From an uncultured virus (IMG/VR IMGVR_UViG_3300045825_000547) (Duplodnaviria > Heunggongvirae > Uroviricota > Caudoviricetes): a stretch of 64,000 bases of DNA. Both the position numbers and the translations under genes were made by a program. The DNA is taken from the IMG/VR virus record IMGVR_UViG_3300045825_000547, one strand, 5' to 3'. Each line of letters begins with the position of its first letter. Position 1 is the first letter of the stretch. Of this stretch, positions 1-9,716 are shown piece after piece. Under the pieces are notes generated by a model. That model saw nothing but the letters and a program-made list of their open reading frames with translations. It had not been told where the DNA came from and searched no databases.

Positions 1-21
1 GAACTTTAGAGGAGAAACAAG

Positions 22-210
22 ATGGATAATGAACTAATACACGCACTGCAAGGTGTTCAAAGCTCTTTAGTTCAGCTTGCCGCGATGGAAAATCAAAAGC
101 AAGCAAGTTCTTCTAGCTCAGAACCTACCACTTTAAAGATAAGCGCTATGGGGATTGTTAAACAAGCCTCTTATGCAAAATATCTTGATGCTTTCCAAGC
201 GAAAGGATAA
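22..210 (+). CDS. small head/scaffold-associated protein with KxAS motifs
   Basis: AGGAGGAG RBS; KQAS twice; upstream of capsid genes. Confidence 0.5.
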   Translation: MDNELIHALQGVQSSLVQLAAMENQKQASSSSSEPTTLKISAMGIVKQASYAKYLDAFQAKG

Positions 211-225
211 GGCGGAGGCTCAACT

Positions 226-561
226 ATGAGAAAAGGAGATCTTTTAATCAAAGCAGCTAGTGATATTCAGAGAATTATAAACTCAATCAGTTCGAGAAGC
301 TACGCTACCCAAAAGGCTGCTAGTATGGTGGCTGACGGAGCGATTAACGACGCTGACCAAGAGAATTTTTCAAACCTATTTGCGGGTAGAAGCCAAGAGG
401 AAATTAATTTAGCCTCTCAGGCAATCGGACTAGCGACTGGGAAATCCCATTCTGGGTGGGGAGTAGCAGATGAAGCATCATCGTCAGGTGGAGATTCATT
501 TGATCCAGACAATAGATATGCAAGACTGGACGCTATCATTATGAGTGGCGGTCAATTCTAG
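226..561 (+). CDS. putative scaffold-like head protein
   Basis: GGAGG RBS; KAAS twice; helical, acidic C-terminus; precedes decoration and capsid genes. Confidence 0.5.
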   Translation: MRKGDLLIKAASDIQRIINSISSRSYATQKAASMVADGAINDADQENFSNLFAGRSQEEINLASQAIGLATGKSHSGWGVADEASSSGGDSFDPDNRYARLDAIIMSGGQF

Positions 562-573
562 GAGGATAAATTA

Positions 574-1248
574 ATGAGTGGAATTTCTTTCGGATTACCC
601 TTGAATAGTGGTAGACCATCATCAAAAGATGTAACCAGATTCGAGCTACAGGGTCCAGGACCAAAAGATATTAAAAACATGCCTGTTTCCTTAGATGGTC
701 TCACAAGAGGCTTAGGAACTAACGGTGTGGTTGGGGGAACTTATCCTGCCAAACTTGAAGATGGTTATTTCTTCAGACGTAAGACTGTTAGTGGTGCAGA
801 TTATGGTATTGATGCAACTGTTGGTGGGCCTTTCAGACCTGCTAGAGGAACATCATTCTTTGATTACGCTACCAATGCTGACCCGTCGCTTGGTCCTGTT
901 TACCTCTACTTCGGTGCGTTAAACGGAACTACAAGTGGAGATGATAACCCACCTTTCCTTGATTACCCAACAAACGCAGTTCCTAACCCGAACTACGAGC
1001 CAGGAGCTTACCACTCTGAAGCTATTACTGGTTACCAAGGATTAGTAGATGCTTGGGTGCCTTTAAGATGTGTTCAAGAAGCAAATCTTACTGGTTATGT
1101 GGTAGGTGCGGATGTAACTGTACAAAAAGGAAGACTTAAATTAGCTGTTAGTGGTGACGCTATAGTTGGTGCTGTTGAAGATGTATTCAGTACTGTTAAG
1201 GTTCTTATCAAGTTTAATATTAGTGGTGTTCTTAAGATAAAACCTTAA
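574..1248 (+). CDS. putative capsid decoration/cement protein
   Basis: Immediately upstream of MCP; C-terminal G-x-L-K-L-A-x-x-G-D-x-I-V-G-x-V pattern typical of decoration proteins. Confidence 0.55.
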   Translation: MSGISFGLPLNSGRPSSKDVTRFELQGPGPKDIKNMPVSLDGLTRGLGTNGVVGGTYPAKLEDGYFFRRKTVSGADYGIDATVGGPFRPARGTSFFDYATNADPSLGPVYLYFGALNGTTSGDDNPPFLDYPTNAVPNPNYEPGAYHSEAITGYQGLVDAWVPLRCVQEANLTGYVVGADVTVQKGRLKLAVSGDAIVGAVEDVFSTVKVLIKFNISGVLKIKP

Positions 1249-1346
1249 TTCTCTACTAGGAACAACCCGCTGAAAAGCGGGCAGTGGTCCTCTGAGAAAG
1301 GACAAACAAAAACAAATTGAAACGAGACACATTAGGAGGAAATCTG

Positions 1347-2300
1347 ATGAGCGATTATTTATCAGCTTCAACAGGATCAGTAGACGCAAGATTGTATAAT
1401 AACAACATGTTGAACCAATTGAAGCACGGAATGGGTCCAGAAAAGATGGCTGGCTTATTCAACCAAGACATTATCATGAAAGTTTTACACGAGGACGGGT
1501 TAGCAAGAAGACTCTTCTCTACAAAACCGATCACACCTGATCAATTGGATTTCGACCCAGCGAACCCAGATGTTCCTACAAAGTTCGAACCAATAGAAGA
1601 TCCGTTAAATTCATATTTAGTGAATTCTACAGATTATATGCAACCTACAGAAGATCTTTGGTTTAAATCAAAGTACTTCAAAGTTACATTCCTCCCAATG
1701 ATCTCTAGAAAGCTTAAAATGACTGAAACACAGATCATGGCTGCTAAATATCCTATTCGTCAATATATCGAAGCACAAATTAAGAATGATTTCTTAGCTG
1801 CAGAAGATTTTATGATGATTGACAGATTTGAGAGATGTATTAAGGCAACTACAATGCAAACCTCTTACACTGGTACTGCTTCTGGTTTATTCGAGAAAGA
1901 GCATATCATGAAATTATTAAAAATGTTCCCAAGACAAAAATTGGCAGCAGATAGATTAATAATCCATGAGAACACCTTCTACGATATAATCGGATGGAAC
2001 CATAGCCAAGTGGGTTCTGTGATAATGGCTGACATTATCGAGAAAGGGCCTATGGGCGAAACATTCAAATTCAAGTCTTACTTCGGTTTGAAATGGTTAA
2101 TCACCAACAACATTGATATAGTTCCTGAGAAAACTATCTACGCTGTTGTTCCTCAAAAAATGCTTGGACCTTCATACGAATTAATGGCTCCTGAAACATT
2201 CGTTAAGTTTGAAGATGGAATCTTCTCTTGTCACTCAAGACAAGTAGTTGGAAGAGCTATAGCTAACCCTTACGGTGTAGCTAAAATGCTTATCACCTAA
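1347..2300 (+). CDS. major capsid protein (HK97 fold inferred)
   Basis: ~317 aa from ATG 1347 after AGGAGGA; position after decoration gene; 'EDGLARR' N-terminal part and 'AIANPYGVAKM' C-terminus; followed by hairpins. Confidence 0.75.
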   Translation: MSDYLSASTGSVDARLYNNNMLNQLKHGMGPEKMAGLFNQDIIMKVLHEDGLARRLFSTKPITPDQLDFDPANPDVPTKFEPIEDPLNSYLVNSTDYMQPTEDLWFKSKYFKVTFLPMISRKLKMTETQIMAAKYPIRQYIEAQIKNDFLAAEDFMMIDRFERCIKATTMQTSYTGTASGLFEKEHIMKLLKMFPRQKLAADRLIIHENTFYDIIGWNHSQVGSVIMADIIEKGPMGETFKFKSYFGLKWLITNNIDIVPEKTIYAVVPQKMLGPSYELMAPETFVKFEDGIFSCHSRQVVGRAIANPYGVAKMLIT

Positions 2301-2313
2301 TATTTCCTATCAT

Positions 2314-2414
2314 CGGGGGAAAGCCCCCGTTGGTCTCCTTTTACCCATATACAACATAAATACTCCCGGAAACTAAGGGCAGTCTCACCACTGCGCAAGG
2401 CTTCTGGGTTTTTT
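2314..2414 (+). terminator. hairpins/intrinsic terminator after MCP
   Basis: CGGGGG-AAAG-CCCCCG at 2314-2329; CCCGGAA...TTCTGGG followed by a T-run at 2365-2414. Confidence 0.55.
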
Positions 2415-2431
2415 ATTGAGAAGCTAAAAAG

Positions 2432-2459
2432 AAAAAGGCATTGCTGCCTAAGCCTTTTT
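2432..2459. terminator. bidirectional terminator-like hairpin
   Basis: AAAAAGGC-N12-GCCTTTTT between convergent genes. Confidence 0.5.
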
Positions 2460-2536
2460 GTGACCACCCCTACTTCATTTTCTTCTTGCTCTTAGTAGGA
2501 ACAGCCTTGTATATCACGTTGTTTTGGAAATCTTTT

Positions 2537-5518
2537 TTAAGCTTTCGTCTTGCTTGGCCCTTTAGTTGGGCTGTCTTGTGGTTCATTAGGTACTGCAGAG
2601 GGGTTACCTCCGAACATATTGCCACCCCCATTCATCATTTGCATCATGAGCATATTTTGCATCATGCTTCCTTCTCCTTCGCCTTTCCCTTGATTCATTA
2701 AAGCCATCATCATCATAGGATTCATTCCGCCTCCTTGTGTTTGTTGGCCTCCCATCATCTGGCTCATCATGAGCATCTGCATCATATCCCCATTTTCGCC
2801 GTCGTCTTCAGAAGAAGATTTTTTATCTCCAGGTTTTGTTTCTTTGTCACCAAAACCCCCCATAGCCATCATCATCATAGGATTTATTCCTCCCATTGGG
2901 TTAGCAGCTTGGCCTGCAGGAGCTGCTCCTCCAAACATGTTTCCTAGATTGCCTAAAAGAGGTGTGAGCTTTCTTACAAGCTTAACACCTGGAAGAAATA
3001 CTGTCCCCACAGGAACAACTTCAATCTTTTCCTGTTTGTCGAGAGAAAGAGCAACTATCACATCGTCGTCAATAGAGTGCACCACAAGAATCTCATTGGT
3101 GTCTCTAACAATGATGTCATTTTGTTTCAATGTGCTCACAGGTACTGGGAAAACGAATGCAGGCATTCCCCCGATAGTCATTCCTTTCGGAACTGAAGTG
3201 AGACTTACCTTGTCTCTCACGACAGAGGCTTGTATGTACTTTCCATTTTGGTTAATGATGACGCCGCCGGTCATCATATTTGTTCGTGCATCTATCCCTA
3301 CACTTTTAGCCGACCCGATTGGTCCACCAAAAATGTCTCCGAACATGTTTGTTAATGATTTCATGAAATTGTTTCCTTTATTTTTACTAATATTGTTTAA
3401 ATGTGTTGTTGCAGGTGTTTTCTGTCCCCCGCAACACGGACAAACGCATGTACACGCATTCTCTGTTTCTGTTCTAGTTCTGCCGCGCGCAGACTCGTTG
3501 TAGCTAGGGCCCGCGTAGGGGGTGAGTGTTATACTATTATCAGATCGCCAAACCCCGTACGCTTCTTCTAGGTGGCGCTGTTTTCTCTCATTTCTCGCCA
3601 TATTTGTACAATCCTCTGCGTATTTCACCAAGTGCGCCCCTAGCACCGGGTATTCCCCTAACGCAGGTGTTTGCAGACTCTCTATTTGGTCAAAAGATAC
3701 TACACGATACTCATTGTGTGTACAATTTGCATCTTGGTATTTTAAACCACCGTTTGTTTTTAGATATAGACCGATCAGTGCGATACTCATTGCGGGGCCC
3801 GCTAGTAAACTAAGAGTTCCTTCTACCGCCCCTTTTCTTTTCTCCCTTAACTCCACTTCTAGGTCTGTTAGTCGGTTATCAAATGTTTCCCAACTATAGT
3901 CTCTAATGTGTAGTTTCTCTTGGGCAAATTTCTCTGCCACTGCCCTACTAAGCTGCTCTCTGGTTCTCACAGATACCAGTCCTTGAATAATTTTGAAGTC
4001 GTCTCCGGTGAATATGGCGCCATCAGCGTTACCTATTTGCATCTTTTCCAATTTGCTTAGAGGGTACTCAGCATTTAGTGTGTAGGTCATATTGTCTAGA
4101 TTGATTTCGTTTAGTTTGCCGTTAATTGGTGCGCCAGCTATCCTTACTACCCAAACCCATAGATGTTTTTCTTTGGAAAGTTGCTCCGCGACTATATCCC
4201 ATTTTTGCAGCAGTGCTTTATTTTCTGCAGAAGGCGTATACGAGGTCGGAATGTCTGGGTGATTTGGGTCATAATCGAGAAGGTGTTCTGTAGCCGGAGC
4301 GTTAGCGGGAGCTGTATCTGTCGCATCCACCAATCGTCGCAGATACTCGTCATCCGCAACAAATGCTGCTTTCATCTTCTTTGCTTTTCCTCTTGGTTTA
4401 TTGGCCAACTTCATCGCTATTTTTAGTTCTTGGTTAGTTAGTGTAACACGATCTTGTAGTTTGTCGCCAACCATAACTTGTAGCACTTCAATGTCTTTAA
4501 AGAAAATATAATCATCCAGTGTGAGTACTCGTCCAGTTTTAGGGTCAAAGTTTAACATGGTTACTTCGTTTATGCATGCGTATAGAAATAACCGTGCAGT
4601 CGTCTTAGCTGTGCACCCCTCCACTGCCTTCAAGATTTTACCCACTATCTCTGCAATTTCTTCTTCAGACTTCTGCCCGTTAACAGCCTGCGCCTTCTCC
4701 TCGGTTTCGTCATCTTCCCCGTCAATTTCAAAATCGTAGTGCACACCAGTCTTATCAATTAGTTTCACCCCCTGTTGTATGCAGTCTCTCACCCAATCCC
4801 AAATGGTCTGGAACGAGCATATGTAGCCTGTCTTAAAAACCAGAGATTTAAATGCTTTACGAGTAGGTGGATCTATTAAATAACAAGTCTCCTGAGTATC
4901 GCCGTATCTTGTAGGGTGGGGGCGATCAAACGTGAGGAGCCCACAAGATTTATCTTTACTAAAAGAAAGAGATTTCAGGGTATTTCTATGCATATCCGCG
5001 TCAGCATGGTGAGTAAAGGTTACCCAGCTTTCCTTTTTTATAGCATCTACGACAAAAGAGTTTATAGAATCAAACTCTCCTTGCTCTAAGTACTGCGGCT
5101 TATATGTAAGAGTTTTAGGAGTTTTCTTTTCGGACATACGGATTTTCACATTCGCTTCCTCTTCATCCGGCGCCACTACCCAACCTACCTGCCCAATCCC
5201 GGAATTTCGACAATATTGTATCCACTCCATAAGTGGTCCGTTATTGATAACTGTCATGAGCTCTCGTCGTTTCAGTAACCGAAGCGCACCTATATCTCCG
5301 GCAGGGACAGCTTGTACTGTGTCAGCCCCTTTCTTTGCAAAATAGAAAACAGCTTTATCGAAATCCACTCGATCTAAAACATAATCAGACATACTAGCAG
5401 AAGTGACTGATGCTTCTTTATAGATTTCAATATTCGTTAACCCTTTCTGGCTGATGTGGTCAGCAATAATCTGAGTTAGTTCGTCGTATTTTGGATCATT
5501 ACTTTGAACATTCATCAT
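2537..5518 (-). CDS. large hypothetical protein with Met/Gly-rich C-terminal domain (possible internal start at 3364)
   Basis: 993-aa ORF with AGGAGG RBS; NPMMMM repeats; in-frame AAAGGA-N8-ATG at 3364. Confidence 0.75.
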   Translation of the reverse strand: MMNVQSNDPKYDELTQIIADHISQKGLTNIEIYKEASVTSASMSDYVLDRVDFDKAVFYFAKKGADTVQAVPAGDIGALRLLKRRELMTVINNGPLMEWIQYCRNSGIGQVGWVVAPDEEEANVKIRMSEKKTPKTLTYKPQYLEQGEFDSINSFVVDAIKKESWVTFTHHADADMHRNTLKSLSFSKDKSCGLLTFDRPHPTRYGDTQETCYLIDPPTRKAFKSLVFKTGYICSFQTIWDWVRDCIQQGVKLIDKTGVHYDFEIDGEDDETEEKAQAVNGQKSEEEIAEIVGKILKAVEGCTAKTTARLFLYACINEVTMLNFDPKTGRVLTLDDYIFFKDIEVLQVMVGDKLQDRVTLTNQELKIAMKLANKPRGKAKKMKAAFVADDEYLRRLVDATDTAPANAPATEHLLDYDPNHPDIPTSYTPSAENKALLQKWDIVAEQLSKEKHLWVWVVRIAGAPINGKLNEINLDNMTYTLNAEYPLSKLEKMQIGNADGAIFTGDDFKIIQGLVSVRTREQLSRAVAEKFAQEKLHIRDYSWETFDNRLTDLEVELREKRKGAVEGTLSLLAGPAMSIALIGLYLKTNGGLKYQDANCTHNEYRVVSFDQIESLQTPALGEYPVLGAHLVKYAEDCTNMARNERKQRHLEEAYGVWRSDNSITLTPYAGPSYNESARGRTRTETENACTCVCPCCGGQKTPATTHLNNISKNKGNNFMKSLTNMFGDIFGGPIGSAKSVGIDARTNMMTGGVIINQNGKYIQASVVRDKVSLTSVPKGMTIGGMPAFVFPVPVSTLKQNDIIVRDTNEILVVHSIDDDVIVALSLDKQEKIEVVPVGTVFLPGVKLVRKLTPLLGNLGNMFGGAAPAGQAANPMGGINPMMMMAMGGFGDKETKPGDKKSSSEDDGENGDMMQMLMMSQMMGGQQTQGGGMNPMMMMALMNQGKGEGEGSMMQNMLMMQMMNGGGNMFGGNPSAVPNEPQDSPTKGPSKTKA

Positions 5519-5564
5519 TCCTCCTAATAAAATAAAAAAATAACATAAAAGAAAACTAGATTTT

Positions 5565-5603
5565 CTTTCACATACTTATAACAAAAAACGTAAGAAAATT
5601 AAC
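5565..5603 (-). promoter_or_regulatory. phage promoter motif, copy 1
   Basis: GTTAAT-N17-TATAAG-TATG-TGAAAG on the minus strand. Confidence 0.7.
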
Positions 5604-5648
5604 CCCCAGCTCTTCTCCTCTCCACCACAAGAAGCTATAATTAATATT

Positions 5649-6836
5649 ATGAACCTTACGATAAAACTTAAACTACATAAAGACCTTGATGTGTTGAACA
5701 CAATTAGCCAATACACCAAAGCTTTAAACTACGTAAGTACTACTGCATTTCTCTCTAACGAGAAAGTGAGAAATCCCGTATCCCTTCATAAACTTTTCTA
5801 TTCTTCTGTGAGGGAAAGGTTTAATCTACCTAGTCAAACTACTTGCTCTGTTTTCAGAGATGTTGCTGGTAAGTACAAAGCAAACAAAAGAAAACTGAAA
5901 CAAGCTATTTCTTTTAAGGAAACCCATATTAACTACACATTTAATAAGGACTTTAGTTTAAAAGATAATGTATTAGGTTTATCGACTATTAATGGTAGAA
6001 AGAAATTTACTCTAGCAAGTTGTCCATACTACCAAAACCTAATAGAGCAATCAACAAAGTTTTGTGATAGCACTTTAGTTAAGGATAGAAAGGGAAATTT
6101 ATATTTCTGCTTAACTATAGAAATCCCTGAACCAAAAATAAACCCCCTCGGAAACACTATGGGAATAGATTTAGGACTATCTAAGCTAGTAGCTATCTCT
6201 ACTAACAAAGGAAAAACTTTAGTTGTTAAGGGTGGGTTTGTTAAGGACAAAAGAAATAAAGCCCTTGCTCTCAGAAAGAAATTACAAGCGAAAGGCACTC
6301 GTTCTGCTAAGAACCTTTTAAAGAAGATTAGCGGAAGAGAAACCCGTTTCATGCGTGATGTAAATTATTGCACAGTTAAGAAAGTTCTTAATTTTGCAAA
6401 ACAGAACAATGTTAGTCATATCGGTATTGAAGATTTGTCAAGTATCAGAAGAAATTCTAAACTAAGAAATGAACAAAGAAGACAATTAAATTCTTGGTCT
6501 TTTTATGAGTTTAGGGCTATCTTAGAATACAAAGCAAAGCTTAATGGCTTTAATGTAGTTGCATTAGGCCCACGCTATACGTCTCAGGCATGCTCGGTCT
6601 GTGGGCACACAGAGAAAGAAAACAGAAAGACTCAAAAGCTTTTTGTTTGTAAGTCTTGTGGGTATTCACAAAATGCCGATATTAATGCTAGTGCTAACAT
6701 TGAATTCTTAACACGTTTGTCTAGGTCTAACTTGATGAACGGGGTTGCTGTCAACCATCCAGACGTAACAAACGATGAAACCAAAGGTCTCTTTAGACAT
6801 CTGCGGTCGAGTTTAGTTACAAGCCAATGTCTTTAG
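5649..6836 (+). CDS. tnpB: TnpB RNA-guided endonuclease (IS200/IS605 family)
   Basis: RuvC-I GIDLG, RuvC-II IEDL, YTSQACSVCG...CKSCG zinc finger, RuvC-III NADINAS. Confidence 0.93.
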   Translation: MNLTIKLKLHKDLDVLNTISQYTKALNYVSTTAFLSNEKVRNPVSLHKLFYSSVRERFNLPSQTTCSVFRDVAGKYKANKRKLKQAISFKETHINYTFNKDFSLKDNVLGLSTINGRKKFTLASCPYYQNLIEQSTKFCDSTLVKDRKGNLYFCLTIEIPEPKINPLGNTMGIDLGLSKLVAISTNKGKTLVVKGGFVKDKRNKALALRKKLQAKGTRSAKNLLKKISGRETRFMRDVNYCTVKKVLNFAKQNNVSHIGIEDLSSIRRNSKLRNEQRRQLNSWSFYEFRAILEYKAKLNGFNVVALGPRYTSQACSVCGHTEKENRKTQKLFVCKSCGYSQNADINASANIEFLTRLSRSNLMNGVAVNHPDVTNDETKGLFRHLRSSLVTSQCL

Positions 6837-6871
6837 ACATTAGTAGTTGACTTGAAATACCTGAAATTTCT
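6720..6871 (+). ncRNA. TnpB omega-RNA (scaffold ends at 6851; putative guide 6852-6871; 5' boundary approximate)
   Basis: IS605-type right end AAGCC-AATGTC-TTTA-GACATT-AGTAGTTGAC overlapping the tnpB 3' end. Confidence 0.65.
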
Positions 6872-6968
6872 CAAAAGGTTATCTGGCATTTGCTAAGGGG
6901 TGGGTAACATATATAATTATAGAAGTCTTAGTAAATTATATTTGAATTTAAAAGGAATTTATTTTATC

Positions 6969-7376
6969 ATGTTTAACATCCCGATTAACACTACCGATAT
7001 TTTAGTAACCAATCATGACTTCGGTAGAATTGGCCTAACTGCAGGAATTGACCTTCTTCCCTCGGCAACTAGTGTTAGTATTTTCCAATTAGGCTTCCCT
7101 TCAGTAGAAGCTTTTGCTATAGCTTTAAATAAAGGAGCTAAAGCACATATTATCAATAAAACTGTGTCAATTGAGTGCATCACTAACGCAGGCATTTCAT
7201 CATCAGCAGCTAACACCCCCCATGACCAAGTAATTGGCGGAGAAGGCACAGAAGAAAAAACTGCAGAAAACGTAGTGGATGATATCGTGCCCCCAGTAGT
7301 AGAAACCCCTGAAGTGGTTGTGCCAGTTGTTAAAACTCCTGCACCTGCTAACAACAATAACAACAAAAAGAGATAA
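6969..7376 (+). CDS. hypothetical virion/head-associated protein
   Basis: AAAGGA RBS before ATG 6969; Pro/Val-rich tail; resumes the head operon. Confidence 0.55.
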   Translation: MFNIPINTTDILVTNHDFGRIGLTAGIDLLPSATSVSIFQLGFPSVEAFAIALNKGAKAHIINKTVSIECITNAGISSSAANTPHDQVIGGEGTEEKTAENVVDDIVPPVVETPEVVVPVVKTPAPANNNNNKKR

Positions 7377-7430
7377 TTCTCTCTTGACTATTTTCTTCTC
7401 TATCTAGATCTTTTAGGAGGCTATTTTCTC

Positions 7431-8891
7431 ATGGCAGACGGAAGCGTAAACTTATACCAGAAACTCATAATTGCAGTTCTTACCAACCCTGCCGTAAAGA
7501 AAGTGGTGGGGCCTGCTTTGTCAGGAGACACTACTGATCAGATAGAGAAGTGGTTGGGGCATATAAGAGGGCAGTTCTACATTCCTATATTGGATATAGA
7601 GCAAACTTCGGTAAGTCCCGGCTTGTTTGTTAATGACAGGGAGATAAGTCTTTCTCCAGAGTGGGGCGTGAAGCTCAACGGCAGCATTCATCCATATATT
7701 AACAGACCTACAAATATTAGAAACATTCAGAACAGAATATATGTGAGTAACAGCTCAGATGCCTTAACTTTAGAAGCGTTCCCTGCAGCTGTAGTAGATA
7801 GCAATATGAATTTCGTAGCAACAATAGGTGCTATAGGTACATCCCTTGTTACCGGGCAATACGCCCAATCAGATGATTTCCTTTTCTCTCCTACCCACAA
7901 TAAATACTTTGTAGTTAGTACAGCAGATAACATTATCCAGCTTTTTGACTCTAAAGGGCAGTTCGTAAGCTCGTTAGGGGATGGAACCGCGGGAATCCCT
8001 GATGCATTGCTTGGGGTTTTCCTTAATAAGCCCGTAGCTGTTGCTATTGGTGATAGAGGCGTGTATATCTGTTGTAAAGAGGGTGTTGCCGGTGGGCCAA
8101 CCACTAAAACTGGCTATATTGCACTTCTTAGGCCAGATTTCACCTTTGATTCGTTCCCTTTGTTTGCTGGGAAGAATGCAGGCACTGGTAGATTGTTTGA
8201 AGGGGAAGTTGACCGTCCAAAAGACATGGTGGTTCTCCCAAACCCTGATAGATTAGTTGTTCTTAACGGAAATGATGAGATTGGTGTGTTCAATGCTGCT
8301 ACTGGTTATACTCTTGAGAAATTAATCAACATTCCTGCAGAAATCTACAGCCCTAGCTTAGGACTTTCTAGAATAGCCGTGCAGGGAGATGTGGTTTATA
8401 TAACTGCATCCACTACCGGTGAAGTGATTGCGCTTTCTCTATCTACTGGGGCTTTAGTTGGTAAATTTGGCGAGCTTAAGAACGAATCGACTCTTAATTC
8501 CGACCAAACCCTAGGTGTGTTCAACGGAATCAGTGGTGTTTGCTTCAATGGTGACAAGCTTGTGGTGAGTGAGACACTTAATAACAGAATTCAGCAGTTC
8601 GGTGCGTATTTGGTGAAGAATCCTCAGTTCATTGTGGACTTTGTTCCGGTAAATATCCCACTTAACGCAGAACTTCATAATATAACTGTGCCTGCAGGCC
8701 TAGAGCTTTCTACCAAGATCAATATCATAGATAGAAAGACAAGTATTGAGTACAGTAGAGACACGGCTATCCAAAGAAAGACTAACTATTTCACCGTTAG
8801 GTTCTATATTGAGCCTAAGAGATTCTCAATGAATAAGAAGAAGCTGGAGCTATACCCAGTGTATGTATTGTGTGAAGAGAATAACGGCTAA
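7431..8891 (+). CDS. NHL-repeat beta-propeller virion protein
   Basis: NHL-like units (LNKPVAVAI, DRPKDMVV, ETLNNRIQQF, IQLFDSKGQFV). Confidence 0.7.
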   Translation: MADGSVNLYQKLIIAVLTNPAVKKVVGPALSGDTTDQIEKWLGHIRGQFYIPILDIEQTSVSPGLFVNDREISLSPEWGVKLNGSIHPYINRPTNIRNIQNRIYVSNSSDALTLEAFPAAVVDSNMNFVATIGAIGTSLVTGQYAQSDDFLFSPTHNKYFVVSTADNIIQLFDSKGQFVSSLGDGTAGIPDALLGVFLNKPVAVAIGDRGVYICCKEGVAGGPTTKTGYIALLRPDFTFDSFPLFAGKNAGTGRLFEGEVDRPKDMVVLPNPDRLVVLNGNDEIGVFNAATGYTLEKLINIPAEIYSPSLGLSRIAVQGDVVYITASTTGEVIALSLSTGALVGKFGELKNESTLNSDQTLGVFNGISGVCFNGDKLVVSETLNNRIQQFGAYLVKNPQFIVDFVPVNIPLNAELHNITVPAGLELSTKINIIDRKTSIEYSRDTAIQRKTNYFTVRFYIEPKRFSMNKKKLELYPVYVLCEENNG

Positions 8892-9397
8892 TGGGAAAAT
8901 TTTATAACAACGTTAGGGACAACATGCTGAATGCTATCCCTTCCGACAAATGGCAGATCGACGTAGATGACATTAAGATGGAATGGAAAGATATTACTGA
9001 TGAAAACGGTACATCTTTGCATGAGATCTTTGCTGCAGTCACCCGTGACGAAGACTACGAGCGCTGCATGATGAAGGCTTTGCTTCAATTTAACATGGCT
9101 CTTCCCCAAACAGGCTTCGGGCCCGGCAATCACCCAGACCCATATCTTTGGATTAAACAAAGTTTCCTAGAAGTGTTGGACGAGATGATTATGTATCATT
9201 CTGCCAATTATTTCTCTGGTAGCAGTGGCGGCGTGAGTACGCCCGTGCATGAAAGAGTTCAGATCCTCCAAGGAGAAAGAAGCACAAGAAAACAAGTGAG
9301 TGACCAAAGACAAAGAGAGTTAAAAACGCACCTCAACATGGAAATGGCTTATGGAAACATTATTCCCCCAGGAGGCTATGGCAACATCTATGGATAG
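8891..9397 (+). CDS. putative head-tail adaptor/neck protein
   Basis: Size, position after head genes, 'ALLQFN...P' and 'SGGVS' patterns. Confidence 0.5.
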   Translation: MGKFYNNVRDNMLNAIPSDKWQIDVDDIKMEWKDITDENGTSLHEIFAAVTRDEDYERCMMKALLQFNMALPQTGFGPGNHPDPYLWIKQSFLEVLDEMIMYHSANYFSGSSGGVSTPVHERVQILQGERSTRKQVSDQRQRELKTHLNMEMAYGNIIPPGGYGNIYG

Positions 9398-9716
9398 AAT
9401 ACAAATATACCTAGCAAAAAGTGCCGCCGAGGAAAAAGCTAAAGACGTGTTGCATGGCGGACAAGCTGATGGCATCCCTGCAAGCCATTTTAAGAAAGAC
9501 GAGTACAAAGCTGGGCTTAAAGAGGAGATGGAGGAACACACCAATAGCAAACAGATTGCTAGTGAGATTGTGAGAGATCATTTAAAGAAGGATCCTCACT
9601 ACTACTCAGCCCTGGAAAGTTTTGAGAAGACCCGTAAACCGATTGACTTTGCAGATAGACTTAGAAAAATGAAAATCAGAAGACAGGGAACTGCGGAACA
9701 AAACAGACATGAGTAA
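9378..9716 (+). CDS. DUF5661-like protein with N-terminal KSA leader (start 9378 or 9390)
   Basis: G-x-K-E-E-x-E-E-H...A-x-E-I-x-x-D-H-L-x-x-x-P-x-Y-Y motif. Confidence 0.6.
   Translation: MATSMDRIQIYLAKSAAEEKAKDVLHGGQADGIPASHFKKDEYKAGLKEEMEEHTNSKQIASEIVRDHLKKDPHYYSALESFEKTRKPIDFADRLRKMKIRRQGTAEQNRHE

Noticed and set aside
1266..1303. Hammerhead ribozyme in the MCP leader
   Set aside because: CTGAAAA and CTGAGAA lie in hairpin loops and do not give the CUGANGA...GAAA core with three stems.
2441..4739. Plus-strand ORFs antisense to the 993-aa gene (e.g. 2769..3503)
   Set aside because: Shadow frames of a real minus-strand gene with no RBS or motifs. The same applies to most short antisense ORFs in the track.
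5649..6836. Cas12f/Cas14 CRISPR effector or nuclease-dead TldR
   Set aside because: No adjacent array, an IS605-type right end is present, and the RuvC catalytic residues are intact.
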